Assembly (NCBI GenBank): GCA_963662335.2
Contig: CAXXVD010000003.1
Location: 480,001-544,000 of the forward strand
DNA length: 64,000 bases
Direction: 5' to 3'
DNA from: Chloroflexota bacterium
Lineage (GTDB): Bacteria; Chloroflexota; UBA11872; VXOZ01
The position numbers were made by a program, and so were the translations under genes. The stretch's first letter is position 1, and each line of letters starts with the position of its first letter. Of this stretch, positions 7,853 to 16,881 are shown one piece after another. The notes below the pieces were generated by a model, which made no database searches, was not told where the DNA came from, and worked only from the letters and a program-made list of their open reading frames with translations.

Positions 7853-9010
7853 CTAAAACACGACTGGCGAGAACGTCTCTCTCAGCCAAGCGATTAGCCA
7901 CTCTAGCGCGGCGCCGGCGTCCACACTTATTCTGCCTGCTCCAACCTGTATGAAACCCCATGTACCTTGCAACCACTGGGAAACATCGTCCGCTTCCCGC
8001 AGGACCCATTCAGAGGCATCTCCCAATTGCTGCTGAAATCTCGCGAAAACACTCGAAGCTTCCTCCCACACCTGCATTGGGACAGCCTTTGACTCGTCCC
8101 AAGCTTCCTGTAATTGTGCGATTCCGACGCGCTGCTTCCACTCTGTGCCTAGAGTGTAGAACCGGTGCCCTACCAGAGCAAAACTCACAAATGCCATCGG
8201 CAGGGTCATGTGGCTCAGAACCGGCAATAGTGGGGGAAAGACGATTGTCAGGCCTACCACGAGTCCTGTAACTACAATGGCAAGAGCGGCGTTCTGTAGC
8301 AAGTGCTGCGCGATCTTGGAGTGCATCTCGGCCTGGCTCAACTTGCCCTCTTGGTACAATAGCCCGTATTCCATTACGGCGAACGTGCCTTCAGTCACGG
8401 CAACGACCAGGCCCCCACCTACCATGGAACTGGCCGTAAGCCTTACGGAGCTTCTCACTGCTTCCGTGTTCAAGGCGGCTCGCGCCTGCGCAATCTCCTC
8501 CGCAGTCATCGGCGCTGCGCCTCTAATCCGATTCAGCATTTTATCTTCAAAGATGCCGGCGGTGGCGCTATCACTTCCACCCAGACTTTGCGGAATGAAG
8601 TGACTCCAGTCGCGTGATGAGTGAAAGTTCCGTACCGCATCGGGGCCGCCCATGCGCACCTCCTTCGGAATGGTCTCCCAGATTGACTGTGCACCCACGA
8701 GATTCCGATACGTGCTGCCTGCGTTCCGATAATACCTGGTCAGGTCTGGCGGCAGAGTATTGAAGTTGAGATTGTCCAGCCAACTCTTGGCGAACATGCC
8801 AGAGACCCAGAACGGCAGAGCACCGGTGCGAACGTACTGAAGCAGCAATGACTCCAGGCTGATGCTCTCACGCTTTTCTTCCGCGACTATTGTCGATATG
8901 TCCTCTTTTGTAGAGTCATCCGAGCCTCCACAGCCATGGGCCAAGAGGCTAGTACCAATCAATAGGACAATTTCCCTGCGGAACATCCCCGCCTGTGGCC
9001 GTGACACCAC
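7853..9010 (-). CDS. Putative lipoprotein with HNH-like motif and C-terminal hydrophobic helices
   Basis: LLAHGCGG lipobox-like; DWSHFIPQSLGGSDSA..FED..LNRIRG; lower GC than flanks. Confidence 0.6.
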   Translation of the reverse strand: MVSRPQAGMFRREIVLLIGTSLLAHGCGGSDDSTKEDISTIVAEEKRESISLESLLLQYVRTGALPFWVSGMFAKSWLDNLNFNTLPPDLTRYYRNAGSTYRNLVGAQSIWETIPKEVRMGGPDAVRNFHSSRDWSHFIPQSLGGSDSATAGIFEDKMLNRIRGAAPMTAEEIAQARAALNTEAVRSSVRLTASSMVGGGLVVAVTEGTFAVMEYGLLYQEGKLSQAEMHSKIAQHLLQNAALAIVVTGLVVGLTIVFPPLLPVLSHMTLPMAFVSFALVGHRFYTLGTEWKQRVGIAQLQEAWDESKAVPMQVWEEASSVFARFQQQLGDASEWVLREADDVSQWLQGTWGFIQVGAGRISVDAGAALEWLIAWLRETFSPVVF

Positions 9011-9296
9011 GCATATCCCCCCTTCATTTCTGAACTCATGTTGACAGCCGACCCAACTGCCTCAGCACTAGAATTTGTCGAAAGAAGCTCTTATCGCGAC
9101 ATTAGAACCACCGCATACTCCAGTCAACGACTTTGTACGAACCACTGCTCGGCAGTCTTATTATGGGGGGGGGGAGGGGACGCGTCAATTGTCAAGTTAG
9201 AAAGAGGGGCTTCTGGTCTGTCAACCCCTTGCCATCACTTTGAGGGTATAGTATGCTTGCTAATGGAAGGAAGCTAAGGATTGAGAGGACTTGACA

Positions 9297-9569
9297 ATGC
9301 CTACCGCTGCGCGTCCTGCTTCTTTGGAGGAGAACATAGCCGCATACGATGACATGCGCGAGGAGCTAGAGAGTACCAGCTTTGGCAAGTGGGTTGTATT
9401 CCATAACTGCCAGTTGATAGGCTCTTATCGCTCTTTCTCCGAAGCCGCCGACCAGGCGCTTGAATCCTTTGCAGATGAAGACCCCTACCTGATTCGGCAA
9501 GTCAGAAACTACCCGGACCATCTTCCAGTCTCCGCCCTCATAGAGGGAGGCAGAATTGCCAATCGCTAA
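9297..9569 (+). CDS. Small acidic protein (DUF5678-like), partner of retropepsin-like protease, copy 1
   Basis: GAGAGGA RBS; MREELES..GKWVVF...IGSY...PYLIRQV; homologous to 31186-31422. Confidence 0.8.
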   Translation: MPTAARPASLEENIAAYDDMREELESTSFGKWVVFHNCQLIGSYRSFSEAADQALESFADEDPYLIRQVRNYPDHLPVSALIEGGRIANR

Positions 9570-9981
9570 CATTGGGCCTTTGGACAGAAATCTCTTAATC
9601 CAAGATGGCCCACGGATAGACGTAAAGATTGGCTTCAACACACCGCTCAAAGATAAGCCTGCAATGTCTGCACTTCTGGATACTGGCGCAACTTACTGCT
9701 GCATCGACGTAGAGCTTGCGGGTACGTTGGGCCTTAAACAGATTGACGCTCGAAAGGTTGTCGGTGCACATGAAACGAAATGTATACCTTTCTTTATGAC
9801 AGACATTTTCATACCTGAGTTGAACAAGGCTTGGCGAGAAGAATTCGGCGGATTACCCCTACAAGAAAACGGGTTCGACCTCAAGGTAATCATTGGAAGA
9901 TTCCTGTTAGGCGACATGAACCTGCATTACGAGGGGAGCACTGGAAAAGTGCAATTGGAATTGCAACTCAGCGAGACCTAA
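9556..9981 (+). CDS. Retropepsin-like (clan AA) aspartyl protease, copy 1
   Basis: ALLDTGA catalytic motif and IIGR..L; overlaps upstream gene; GAGGGAGG RBS. Confidence 0.85.
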   Translation: MPIANIGPLDRNLLIQDGPRIDVKIGFNTPLKDKPAMSALLDTGATYCCIDVELAGTLGLKQIDARKVVGAHETKCIPFFMTDIFIPELNKAWREEFGGLPLQENGFDLKVIIGRFLLGDMNLHYEGSTGKVQLELQLSET

Positions 9982-9998
9982 GAGCATTGAAAACCACC

Positions 9999-10028
9999 AA
10001 GAAACCTCCGCAATTGCGGGGGTTTCTT
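9999..10028. terminator. Bidirectional terminator
   Basis: AAGAAACCTCCGCAATTGCGGGGGTTTCTT between convergent genes. Confidence 0.8.
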
Positions 10029-10135
10029 GTTATTGGTCACTAGGTTATATAATTGGGTCCGCCTGCTGTAGATTCCTCGCTGCGCTCGGAATGACATTAC
10101 CTCAGGGAACGACATCAGAGGCACACGCAATAGCA

Positions 10136-11632
10136 TTAGAACCACCGCGTAATCACCACTTTCCGTTCGGTGAAGAAATCGATCGCGTCCCTCCCCTGGC
10201 CGTGGAGGGTGCCGAAGAAGGACTCTTTCGCGCCGCTGAAGGGGAAGTAGGCCATGGGCGCGGCCACGCCGACGTTGATGCCGATGTTGCCGGTGGGGGC
10301 GCGGTAGCGGAACTCGCGGGCGGCGGCGCCGTCCTGGGTGAAGATGGAGGCGGCGTTGCCGTAGCGCTGGTTCTCGATGAGGGTGATGGCGCCGTCGAGG
10401 GTCTCCACGTGGGTCATGCTGAGCACCGGGCCGAAGATTTCGTCGGTAAAGAGCGCCATGTCGGGCTGGACCCGGTCGAAGATGGTCGCGCCGACGAACG
10501 CGCCGTTGGGGTCCTGGGCCGCGGCGGTTTCGCGCCCATCCAGGAGCAAGGCCGCGCCTTCGTCCACGCCGCGTTCGATGTAGCCGAGGATGCGCTCCTT
10601 GGCGGTCTGCGAGATTACCGGGCCGAGTTCCACGCCCTCGTCCGCGCCGTTGCCGACTGCCAGGGAACCGGCGGCCGCAACGATAGCGTCCCGCACGCGG
10701 TCGTGGCCGTCGCCCACGGTCACCACCACCGAACCGGCCAGGCAGCGCTGGCCGGCGGAGCCAAACGCCGAGTTGATCACGTTGCTCACGGTCTCGTCGA
10801 GCGCGGCGTCGGGCATGACCACCAGCACGTTCTTCGCGCCGCCCTGGGCCTGGACGCGCTTGCCCTGCTCGCCGGCGCGGGCGTAGAGATAGCGGGCGGT
10901 GGGCGTGGAGCCGACGAACGAAAGGCCGCGCACCAGCGGATTGTCCAGCAGGGCGTCCACGGCCTCTTTCGCGCCGTTCACCACGTTGATGACGCCGGGC
11001 GGAAAGCCGCATCGGTCGAGTTCTTCGAACACCAACTGCATGCTGGTGGGCACCTGCTCGGAGGGCTTGATGATGTACGTGTTGCCGCAGGCGACGGCAT
11101 ACGGCCAGAACCAGAACGGCACCATCAGCGGAAAGTTGAAGGGACACACCGCCGCGAACACCCCCAGCGGCTGGCGCACCACGTCCTCGTCGATGCCCTT
11201 GGCCGCGCCGTCCTCCAGGCCGTAGCCCATGAGCAGCGAGGGAATGCCGCACGCCACTTCCACGTTCTCGATGGCGCGGCGCACGGAGCCGCGGGCGTCC
11301 TCCAGGGTCTTGCCGTGCTCGCGGGTGACGGCGCGGGCAAAGTCCTCGAACCGCGCTTCCATGCGCGCTTTGACCGCAAAGAGCAGGCGCGAGCGCTCCA
11401 ACGGCGGCGTGGCGCGCCACTCCGGAAAAGCCGCCTGCGCCGCCGCCACCGCCGCGTCGGTGTCCGCTTTGGTGGATAGCGGCACGTGCGCGATGGTCTC
11501 GCCGTTTGCCGGGTTCGTAACGTCCAGGTAGTTCTCGGTCTGCGGGGTTACCCACGCGCCGCCGACGTAGTTGCGGAGCTTGGGGGCGTTGGTGTCCGCG
11601 CCGGTTGTAGTTTGCTTGAGTTGGGTTTGCAT
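10136..11632 (-). CDS. mmsA: CoA-acylating methylmalonate/malonate-semialdehyde dehydrogenase
   Basis: PFNFPLMVP, KPSEQVP, SFVGST, GGAKN, AGQRCLA, EIFGPV, INVGVAAP. Confidence 0.93.
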   Translation of the reverse strand: MQTQLKQTTTGADTNAPKLRNYVGGAWVTPQTENYLDVTNPANGETIAHVPLSTKADTDAAVAAAQAAFPEWRATPPLERSRLLFAVKARMEARFEDFARAVTREHGKTLEDARGSVRRAIENVEVACGIPSLLMGYGLEDGAAKGIDEDVVRQPLGVFAAVCPFNFPLMVPFWFWPYAVACGNTYIIKPSEQVPTSMQLVFEELDRCGFPPGVINVVNGAKEAVDALLDNPLVRGLSFVGSTPTARYLYARAGEQGKRVQAQGGAKNVLVVMPDAALDETVSNVINSAFGSAGQRCLAGSVVVTVGDGHDRVRDAIVAAAGSLAVGNGADEGVELGPVISQTAKERILGYIERGVDEGAALLLDGRETAAAQDPNGAFVGATIFDRVQPDMALFTDEIFGPVLSMTHVETLDGAITLIENQRYGNAASIFTQDGAAAREFRYRAPTGNIGINVGVAAPMAYFPFSGAKESFFGTLHGQGRDAIDFFTERKVVITRWF

Positions 11633-11756
11633 GGGTCAATCCTTAGTGATCTACGGGCAGCGCATACGCTACTCATCAAATTCAAAGACTAGACGGTAGT
11701 CATTATAGTGTATGTGCTAGGCAATGGCTGTGTGGACTTTTCAGTCAACGCCAAGA

Positions 11757-11858
11757 GGCGGGGGACAAGCCCCCGCGCTACGTTAATGCGACACTATCGG
11801 GGACTAGCCCCGCGCTACGTTAATGTGACACTATCGGGGACTAGCCCCCGCGGTACGG
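11757..11858. repeat. Three tandem degenerate GGGGACAAGCCCCCGCGCTAC units
   Basis: Units of about 38 bp joined by GTTAATG(C/T)GACACTATC. Confidence 0.75.
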
Positions 11859-11897
11859 CTTACAAGATAGACCCGCGAAAGTGATGCTCTCTGCCAC

Positions 11898-11927
11898 TTG
11901 ACGCGCCGTGGCCGGGCATTGGATAAT
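11898..11927 (+). promoter_or_regulatory. Promoter of leader-erm unit
   Basis: TTGACG, 18 bp, GATAAT. Confidence 0.6.
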
Positions 11928-11946
11928 GGATATGAAGGAGCCTTGT

Positions 11947-12045
11947 ATGCCTGTGGTAATCATCCGTGTCCGGGGAACGCTCCCGGGCCCCTCGGCGACC
12001 CGAACTCTCGCAGCACTTCCTGCGGAGCGGCGCGCTCGCCGCTAG
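11947..12045 (+). CDS. Putative regulatory leader peptide MPVVIIRVRG... (32 aa) overlapping erm out of frame
   Basis: AAGGAG (11935-11940) 6 nt before ATG; R-V-R at codons 7-9; TAG 12043-12045. Confidence 0.55.
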   Translation: MPVVIIRVRGTLPGPSATRTLAALPAERRARR

Positions 12046-12748
12046 CCTCGTCGCGCACTCGTCGGTCTCACGTGATGACCTCGTCGTAGAGATTGGCCCG
12101 GGCCGGGGCTTGTTGACACACGCCTTGGCGCGCCGGGCCGGTCACGTTGTAGCGGTAGAGATTGACGCCCGCCTTGCGGATCACCTCCGATCCAGTGCGC
12201 AGTCCAACGTGGACGTGGTTACGGGTGACTTCTTCAGGTTTTGCGCACCATCCCGTCCGCATAAGGTCTTTGCCAACTTGCCTTTCGCGCGCACAGCCGA
12301 CATTATGCGTCACCTGACTGAAACGCCGACGCTCACCGAAGCCTACCTTGTGGTACAGCGAGAGGCCGCTGAGAGGTTCGCCGGCTATCCCTACGAAGAC
12401 GAGACGATTCGTTCGCTCTCGCTGAAGCCCTGGTGGCATGTGGAAATCCTGCGGCGACTCCGCAGAACCGACTTCGCGCCTGTGCCCAATGTCGATGCGG
12501 CCCTCCTCTGGCTGATGCGCCGCGATAGGCCGCTAGTCCAGGGGGCAGAAGGAGACACATACCTGCGCTTCATTGAAAGTCAACTGGGTACAACACGCAC
12601 GGTCCGGGCAGCATTGCGGAGACTTTTGACACACAAGCAGATGCGTCGGCTTGCCCGCGATCTTCGATTCTCGCTGGATGCGCGCCCCAGCGAACTGAGC
12701 TTTGAGCAATGGCTGGGGGTTTTCCGATTTCACTCGATCCACCGCTAG
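11966..12748 (+). CDS. Erm-like rRNA adenine N6-methyltransferase (Erm/KsgA family)
   Basis: SQHFL, VVEIGPGRG, VAVEID, FANLPF, VQRE, FAPVPNVD, EQWL; stand-alone context favours Erm over KsgA. Confidence 0.85.
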   Translation: MSGERSRAPRRPELSQHFLRSGALAASLVAHSSVSRDDLVVEIGPGRGLLTHALARRAGHVVAVEIDARLADHLRSSAQSNVDVVTGDFFRFCAPSRPHKVFANLPFARTADIMRHLTETPTLTEAYLVVQREAAERFAGYPYEDETIRSLSLKPWWHVEILRRLRRTDFAPVPNVDAALLWLMRRDRPLVQGAEGDTYLRFIESQLGTTRTVRAALRRLLTHKQMRRLARDLRFSLDARPSELSFEQWLGVFRFHSIHR

Positions 12749-12967
12749 CGGTGTGTCAACCGGCAAGCCGCTTCAGAATCAAGAATCTTGGTGCTCGGAT
12801 GGCGGACTAGAAACGGGGTAGGGGCACGGCATGCCGTGCCCCTACCCCTCTCTTCGCCCTCACCCTAGCCCTCTCCCAGCGGGAGAGGGAACCGGAGAGC
12901 AACGGGAAGCGTCACGCCTCGCCAGGCTTGGCTTCCCTGGTTTCTTACCTGTCCGCTTGCCTCCGGG

Positions 12968-14338
12968 CTATGACGCATTCTCCTTTTCCCACGTGTCCAG
13001 TTCCACCTGCATGCCCTCCATGCCCATGTCGATGGCTTCCTCGGCGGTGATGTTGCCTTCATCCACGAACTGGATGATGCCCGCCGTGGCGGCCTGGTAG
13101 AGCGGGCTGGACGCCGGGTGCGGGAAGAAGCTGGTGGCGTAGCCGATAGCCTTCACGAAGGCGCTCATGTCCGCCGGCCGGGGGTCGTCCGCCGGCGGCA
13201 CAAAGGTATCGCCGGCCGAGAGCATCGCCGGCGCGGCCCAGCCTTCGCCGCCCATCCAGCGCTGGTGCTTCTCGCCCATGGTCCAGAGCGCGAACGTCTG
13301 GGCGTCCGGGTTTTCGGCGCCGCCGGCCAGCACGCTCATTTGCTCGTGGCCGTTAAATGCGCCGCGCACCTTGGTGCCGGTGATGGCGGTATAGGGCACT
13401 TCCACCGTGGAAAACGCGAACGGGTCCGCTTCCCGGAAGGGCTTCATGATGAAGGTGCCGCCGGGCACCATGGCAAACTTGCCGTTGGGGAAGTTGGGAT
13501 TGCCGTAGTAGTCCTCGGCCTCTTTCAGCGTGGCCCGGTCGGGAGCGGCGCGGAACTTCTCGATCGAGTCCTTCAGGATCAACTGGGTGAGGTGAATGGC
13601 GATGTCGCGATTCACGTTCATGTTGCCGTCGGAATCCAACATGCCCGCGTAGAGGTACGGGAAGTAACTCCAGGCGTAGCTCATGGTGGAGATGCCCCAG
13701 CGGGTGCGCTCCTCGCCCTGGTTCAGGCGGCCGGCGATGTCGGCGGAAATCGCGATGGTCTCTTCCCACGACATGTCGTTCGTGGGCGGATTCTGGCCGG
13801 CTTCATCGAACATGTCGCCCCGATAGAAGAAGGCGGTGGTGTTGGAGCCGGTCGGGAAGCCCATGGTCTTGCCGCGCCAGGTGACGGCGTCGAAGAGCCG
13901 CCCGGCGTACTCGGCCTGATTGATGCCGCCCGCGGCCATGATCGGCCCGGCGTCCAGCCACTGCTCCGCCAGAATGTGCGGCGCGGACGAGGTGTTCGCG
14001 ATGTCCGGAATCTCGCCGGCGGCCAGCAACGGCGGTAGGCTGCGCTTCCAGTGTTCCCACGTGATCTTCCACGTGACCTCGGGATGCTCTTCGCCAAAGA
14101 GCGCCATGGCGGTGTTCCAACGCAGTTGGCTGGTCTCGTCGCCCATCCAGACGGCCCAGACCGGCTTGTGCTCCACTGCGGGCGCTTCCGCGGCCGCTTC
14201 CTTGGGCGCGGCTTCCGCTTGCTCGGCAGCCGGCGCGGCCGCGGTCTGCACCTGGCCGCACGCGGCGAGCAGCGCGGCGCCGGAAACGCCGAGCGCGCCG
14301 CCAAGCATCGTTCTGCGGGATAGTTTCGTTGTTGACAT
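12968..14338 (-). CDS. ABC sugar-type solute-binding lipoprotein (Tat signal)
   Basis: SRRTML...LLAAC; FFYRGDMFDEAG...SWEE SBP family 1 pattern. Confidence 0.85.
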   Translation of the reverse strand: MSTTKLSRRTMLGGALGVSGAALLAACGQVQTAAAPAAEQAEAAPKEAAAEAPAVEHKPVWAVWMGDETSQLRWNTAMALFGEEHPEVTWKITWEHWKRSLPPLLAAGEIPDIANTSSAPHILAEQWLDAGPIMAAGGINQAEYAGRLFDAVTWRGKTMGFPTGSNTTAFFYRGDMFDEAGQNPPTNDMSWEETIAISADIAGRLNQGEERTRWGISTMSYAWSYFPYLYAGMLDSDGNMNVNRDIAIHLTQLILKDSIEKFRAAPDRATLKEAEDYYGNPNFPNGKFAMVPGGTFIMKPFREADPFAFSTVEVPYTAITGTKVRGAFNGHEQMSVLAGGAENPDAQTFALWTMGEKHQRWMGGEGWAAPAMLSAGDTFVPPADDPRPADMSAFVKAIGYATSFFPHPASSPLYQAATAGIIQFVDEGNITAEEAIDMGMEGMQVELDTWEKENAS

Positions 14339-14638
14339 CGAATGTATCTCCTATCGCTGTACCACCGGAAACTTCCGACTGTCACAGGCCAACGCTTTGC
14401 TCTTGGCTACCCGCGCGCCGCGTACAAGTGACCGGCGCGCGCATGGCGGAGGGAGCATGGACCTGTGCCTGCGCTACAACCTCCTTTGCTCTGCGTTGCA
14501 CGTGGGTATACGATATTCTGACAGAGAGTGCTTGTCAAGGATATCATTGCCACCGGCGCGTGCCGGGCGGCTCGTTCGGCGGCTGGCGCTGCGCTGATGT
14601 CGCGGAGAATTGGGATTCAATCCCGCCGGCCGGCAGGT

Positions 14639-14971
14639 CTAGTCGCCGGCGGCGCCTGCCTGTTCCTGCTGGGCGTTGTAGCGGGCTATGGCGTCTTCCA
14701 ACCGGGACGAATTCGCTTTGGCCAACAGCCGGATGTCGGCCAAGAGTATGGGTGCGGACTCCGTGACCTTGCTCTCGGCCCGCCGTTTCAGCCTCTTTTG
14801 CCAGAAGAGCGACAACACCAGCGCCACGATTGCTACCGCCGCCAGGCCATAGGCCAGCCGGGCCGCGAGTTCGCTATCGGTGAGCGCGGCATCCGTGACC
14901 GAGGCCACGAAAACCAATGCGCACAGCCAGCTAAGGTTGACTACGCCGTCCCAAGAGCGCCAAAACCTCAT
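14639..14971 (-). CDS. Small hypothetical membrane protein
   Basis: GGAGGA RBS, ATG 14971; two hydrophobic segments. Confidence 0.6.
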   Translation of the reverse strand: MRFWRSWDGVVNLSWLCALVFVASVTDAALTDSELAARLAYGLAAVAIVALVLSLFWQKRLKRRAESKVTESAPILLADIRLLAKANSSRLEDAIARYNAQQEQAGAAGD

Positions 14972-15007
14972 TTTCAATCCTCCTTGGTGACAGTATCCAA
15001 TGCACAC

Positions 15008-15841
15008 TCAAACGCCAAACAGCCGCTCGGCATTGCCCCGGCAGAGCGCCTGCTTCACGTCGTCCGGGGCCTCGGCGTGCTCGATGCTCAGCTTGGCCGA
15101 CTCGGCGTAGTTGATGGGCAGGTTGGAGCCAAAGAGCAGATGCTCTGGCCCCATGAGCGCGCAGAGGTCGTCCACGTCGCCGATCGGCCCCTGCACGCGG
15201 GAGTTCTCGAAATAGAGGTTGTCCTGGTGGTAGGCGTACGACCAGAGGCTCTGCACCTCGGAGAACGTGGCCCCGCAGATGAGGTAGCGGACGCCCGGAA
15301 AGCCGTTGACCGCCTCCGCCGCGTCGACCATGGTCACGGCGGGCACTTTCATCAGCCAGTGGGCAAAGCGGGGGTCTTCCACGCCAATGGAGATGAGCAC
15401 CACCAGGCCGTGCTCCTCGGCCTTGCCCAGCAGCGCCTGCGCCTGGTCGTCCAGGAAGTGGTACTGCTGGTAATTGGGATAGCCCCGCGCCTCGTTCATG
15501 CGCGGCACGTTGCCCTGTAGGCGGCTGTACTGATGGTAGTTCGGGTGCAGGCGCAGGTTCTTCATGCCGAAGTCGTTGAGGCAGATCTCCAGGTCGCGCT
15601 CCCAGCCGGGGAAGCCGGGATTGATGGTGTAGGCGGGTATGAAGCGGTCGGGATGCGCTTGCACAATGGCGTGTAGCTCTTGGTTGCCCACCAGCAGGTC
15701 TTTGTAGAAGACGTTTTCCAGGCGGGAGACCACGGCCTTTTCGATGCCGAGCGCGTCCATCTTGCGCAGGCGGTCGGCCGGCTGGGCGTACGGCAGGCGG
15801 CGAAACGGCCACTCGCCGAGAAAGGCGTTTGCGTCGATCAT
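15008..15841 (-). CDS. Amidohydrolase family (Amidohydro_2) protein
   Basis: IDANAFLGEWPFR, LRLHPNYH, LLFGSNLP, GNAERLF. Confidence 0.85.
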   Translation of the reverse strand: MIDANAFLGEWPFRRLPYAQPADRLRKMDALGIEKAVVSRLENVFYKDLLVGNQELHAIVQAHPDRFIPAYTINPGFPGWERDLEICLNDFGMKNLRLHPNYHQYSRLQGNVPRMNEARGYPNYQQYHFLDDQAQALLGKAEEHGLVVLISIGVEDPRFAHWLMKVPAVTMVDAAEAVNGFPGVRYLICGATFSEVQSLWSYAYHQDNLYFENSRVQGPIGDVDDLCALMGPEHLLFGSNLPINYAESAKLSIEHAEAPDDVKQALCRGNAERLFGV

Positions 15842-16059
15842 CCGGGGGCTTTCCTATTGGCTAGTATTGACTCCGGCGCAATTCCGGTGCAGGCTCTTTC
15901 ATGTCATTCCGAGCGCAGCGAGGAATCTGGAGTCCACGCCGCGCGTAGTCCGACAGCCTATGGGCACTAGATTCCTCACTGCGCTGCGCTCCGTTCGGAA
16001 TGACATGCATGCACACAAGGCCGGTAAGGCGGCGCTTGTGCGAATGGCCGATTGGCAAC

Positions 16060-16836
16060 TCAGATGCTAGCACTGTCCAGCTCCTGCTGCCGGTCGAAGA
16101 CGCGCTGCGCGTTCGTAAAGAGTATCTGCTCCTTCTCCGCCGGCGTGAGGTCCGCGCCGAGAATCTTGGCCAGTTGCGAGGCAAACGACCGGCCGGAAGC
16201 GTCGCTGCCGTAGACCACGCGCTCCGCGCCGAGGTATTTCACCAGGATTTCGGTGTAGCCGTTGGTGGCCTCGTTGCCGCCCACGTCCATCAGGACGTTG
16301 TTCAGGCCCAGCGCGCACTTGGCGCCGACCTCGATGTCGCCGGTGGCGTGGCCGAAGAAGAACGTGACGTCCGGGTGCCGCAGCGCCATCTCGCGCATGT
16401 CCGGGCCGCTGGTCTCGGTGGGCAGGTTGCCGGTGCCTTCGGCGAACGTGTGCTGCAAGACCGGCAGCCGATGTTCGGCGCAGATATGCATTAGCCCGTC
16501 CACCTGCGGGTCGTTGCCGCGCACCGCTTCCCAGAGCTTGACCCCCTGGCGGCCGCGGTAGCCTTTCACCCGGCGTTCCAGTTCGTCGCAGGCGTACTGC
16601 CCGTGCACGGGATTGAGGTACCAGAAGGGAATCACCCGCCGGGGGTGCTGGCGCGCCAGTTCCAGGGTGCGGTCGTTGCAGGCCGTGACGAATTCACGAG
16701 ATGGAAAGTTGGGCGAGGCGCTGCCTTCCAGGTTGATGCTGTTGGTGCAGAGCGTCATGTCCAGGCGCTCGGCCTGGGCCAGCGCCCGCGCCATCATCCC
16801 CACGCTGCGGTAGTGCACGTGCACGTCGTAGATCAT
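16060..16836 (-). CDS. Amidohydrolase family (Amidohydro_2) protein
   Basis: YDVHVH, GVKL, VLQH, FGH, VVYGSD. Confidence 0.88.
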   Translation of the reverse strand: MIYDVHVHYRSVGMMARALAQAERLDMTLCTNSINLEGSASPNFPSREFVTACNDRTLELARQHPRRVIPFWYLNPVHGQYACDELERRVKGYRGRQGVKLWEAVRGNDPQVDGLMHICAEHRLPVLQHTFAEGTGNLPTETSGPDMREMALRHPDVTFFFGHATGDIEVGAKCALGLNNVLMDVGGNEATNGYTEILVKYLGAERVVYGSDASGRSFASQLAKILGADLTPAEKEQILFTNAQRVFDRQQELDSASI

Positions 16837-16881
16837 CGCTTCCCCCTCGCCAACAGTGTACACCACGCCACGCGCCGGCGG

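Noticed and set aside
9165-9179. G-run as phase-variable promoter element
   Set aside because: Lies well upstream of the candidate -35/-10 and may be a homopolymer artefact
11757-11858. Possible erm attenuator hairpins or CRISPR
   Set aside because: Lies upstream of the predicted promoter and consists of dispersed REP copies
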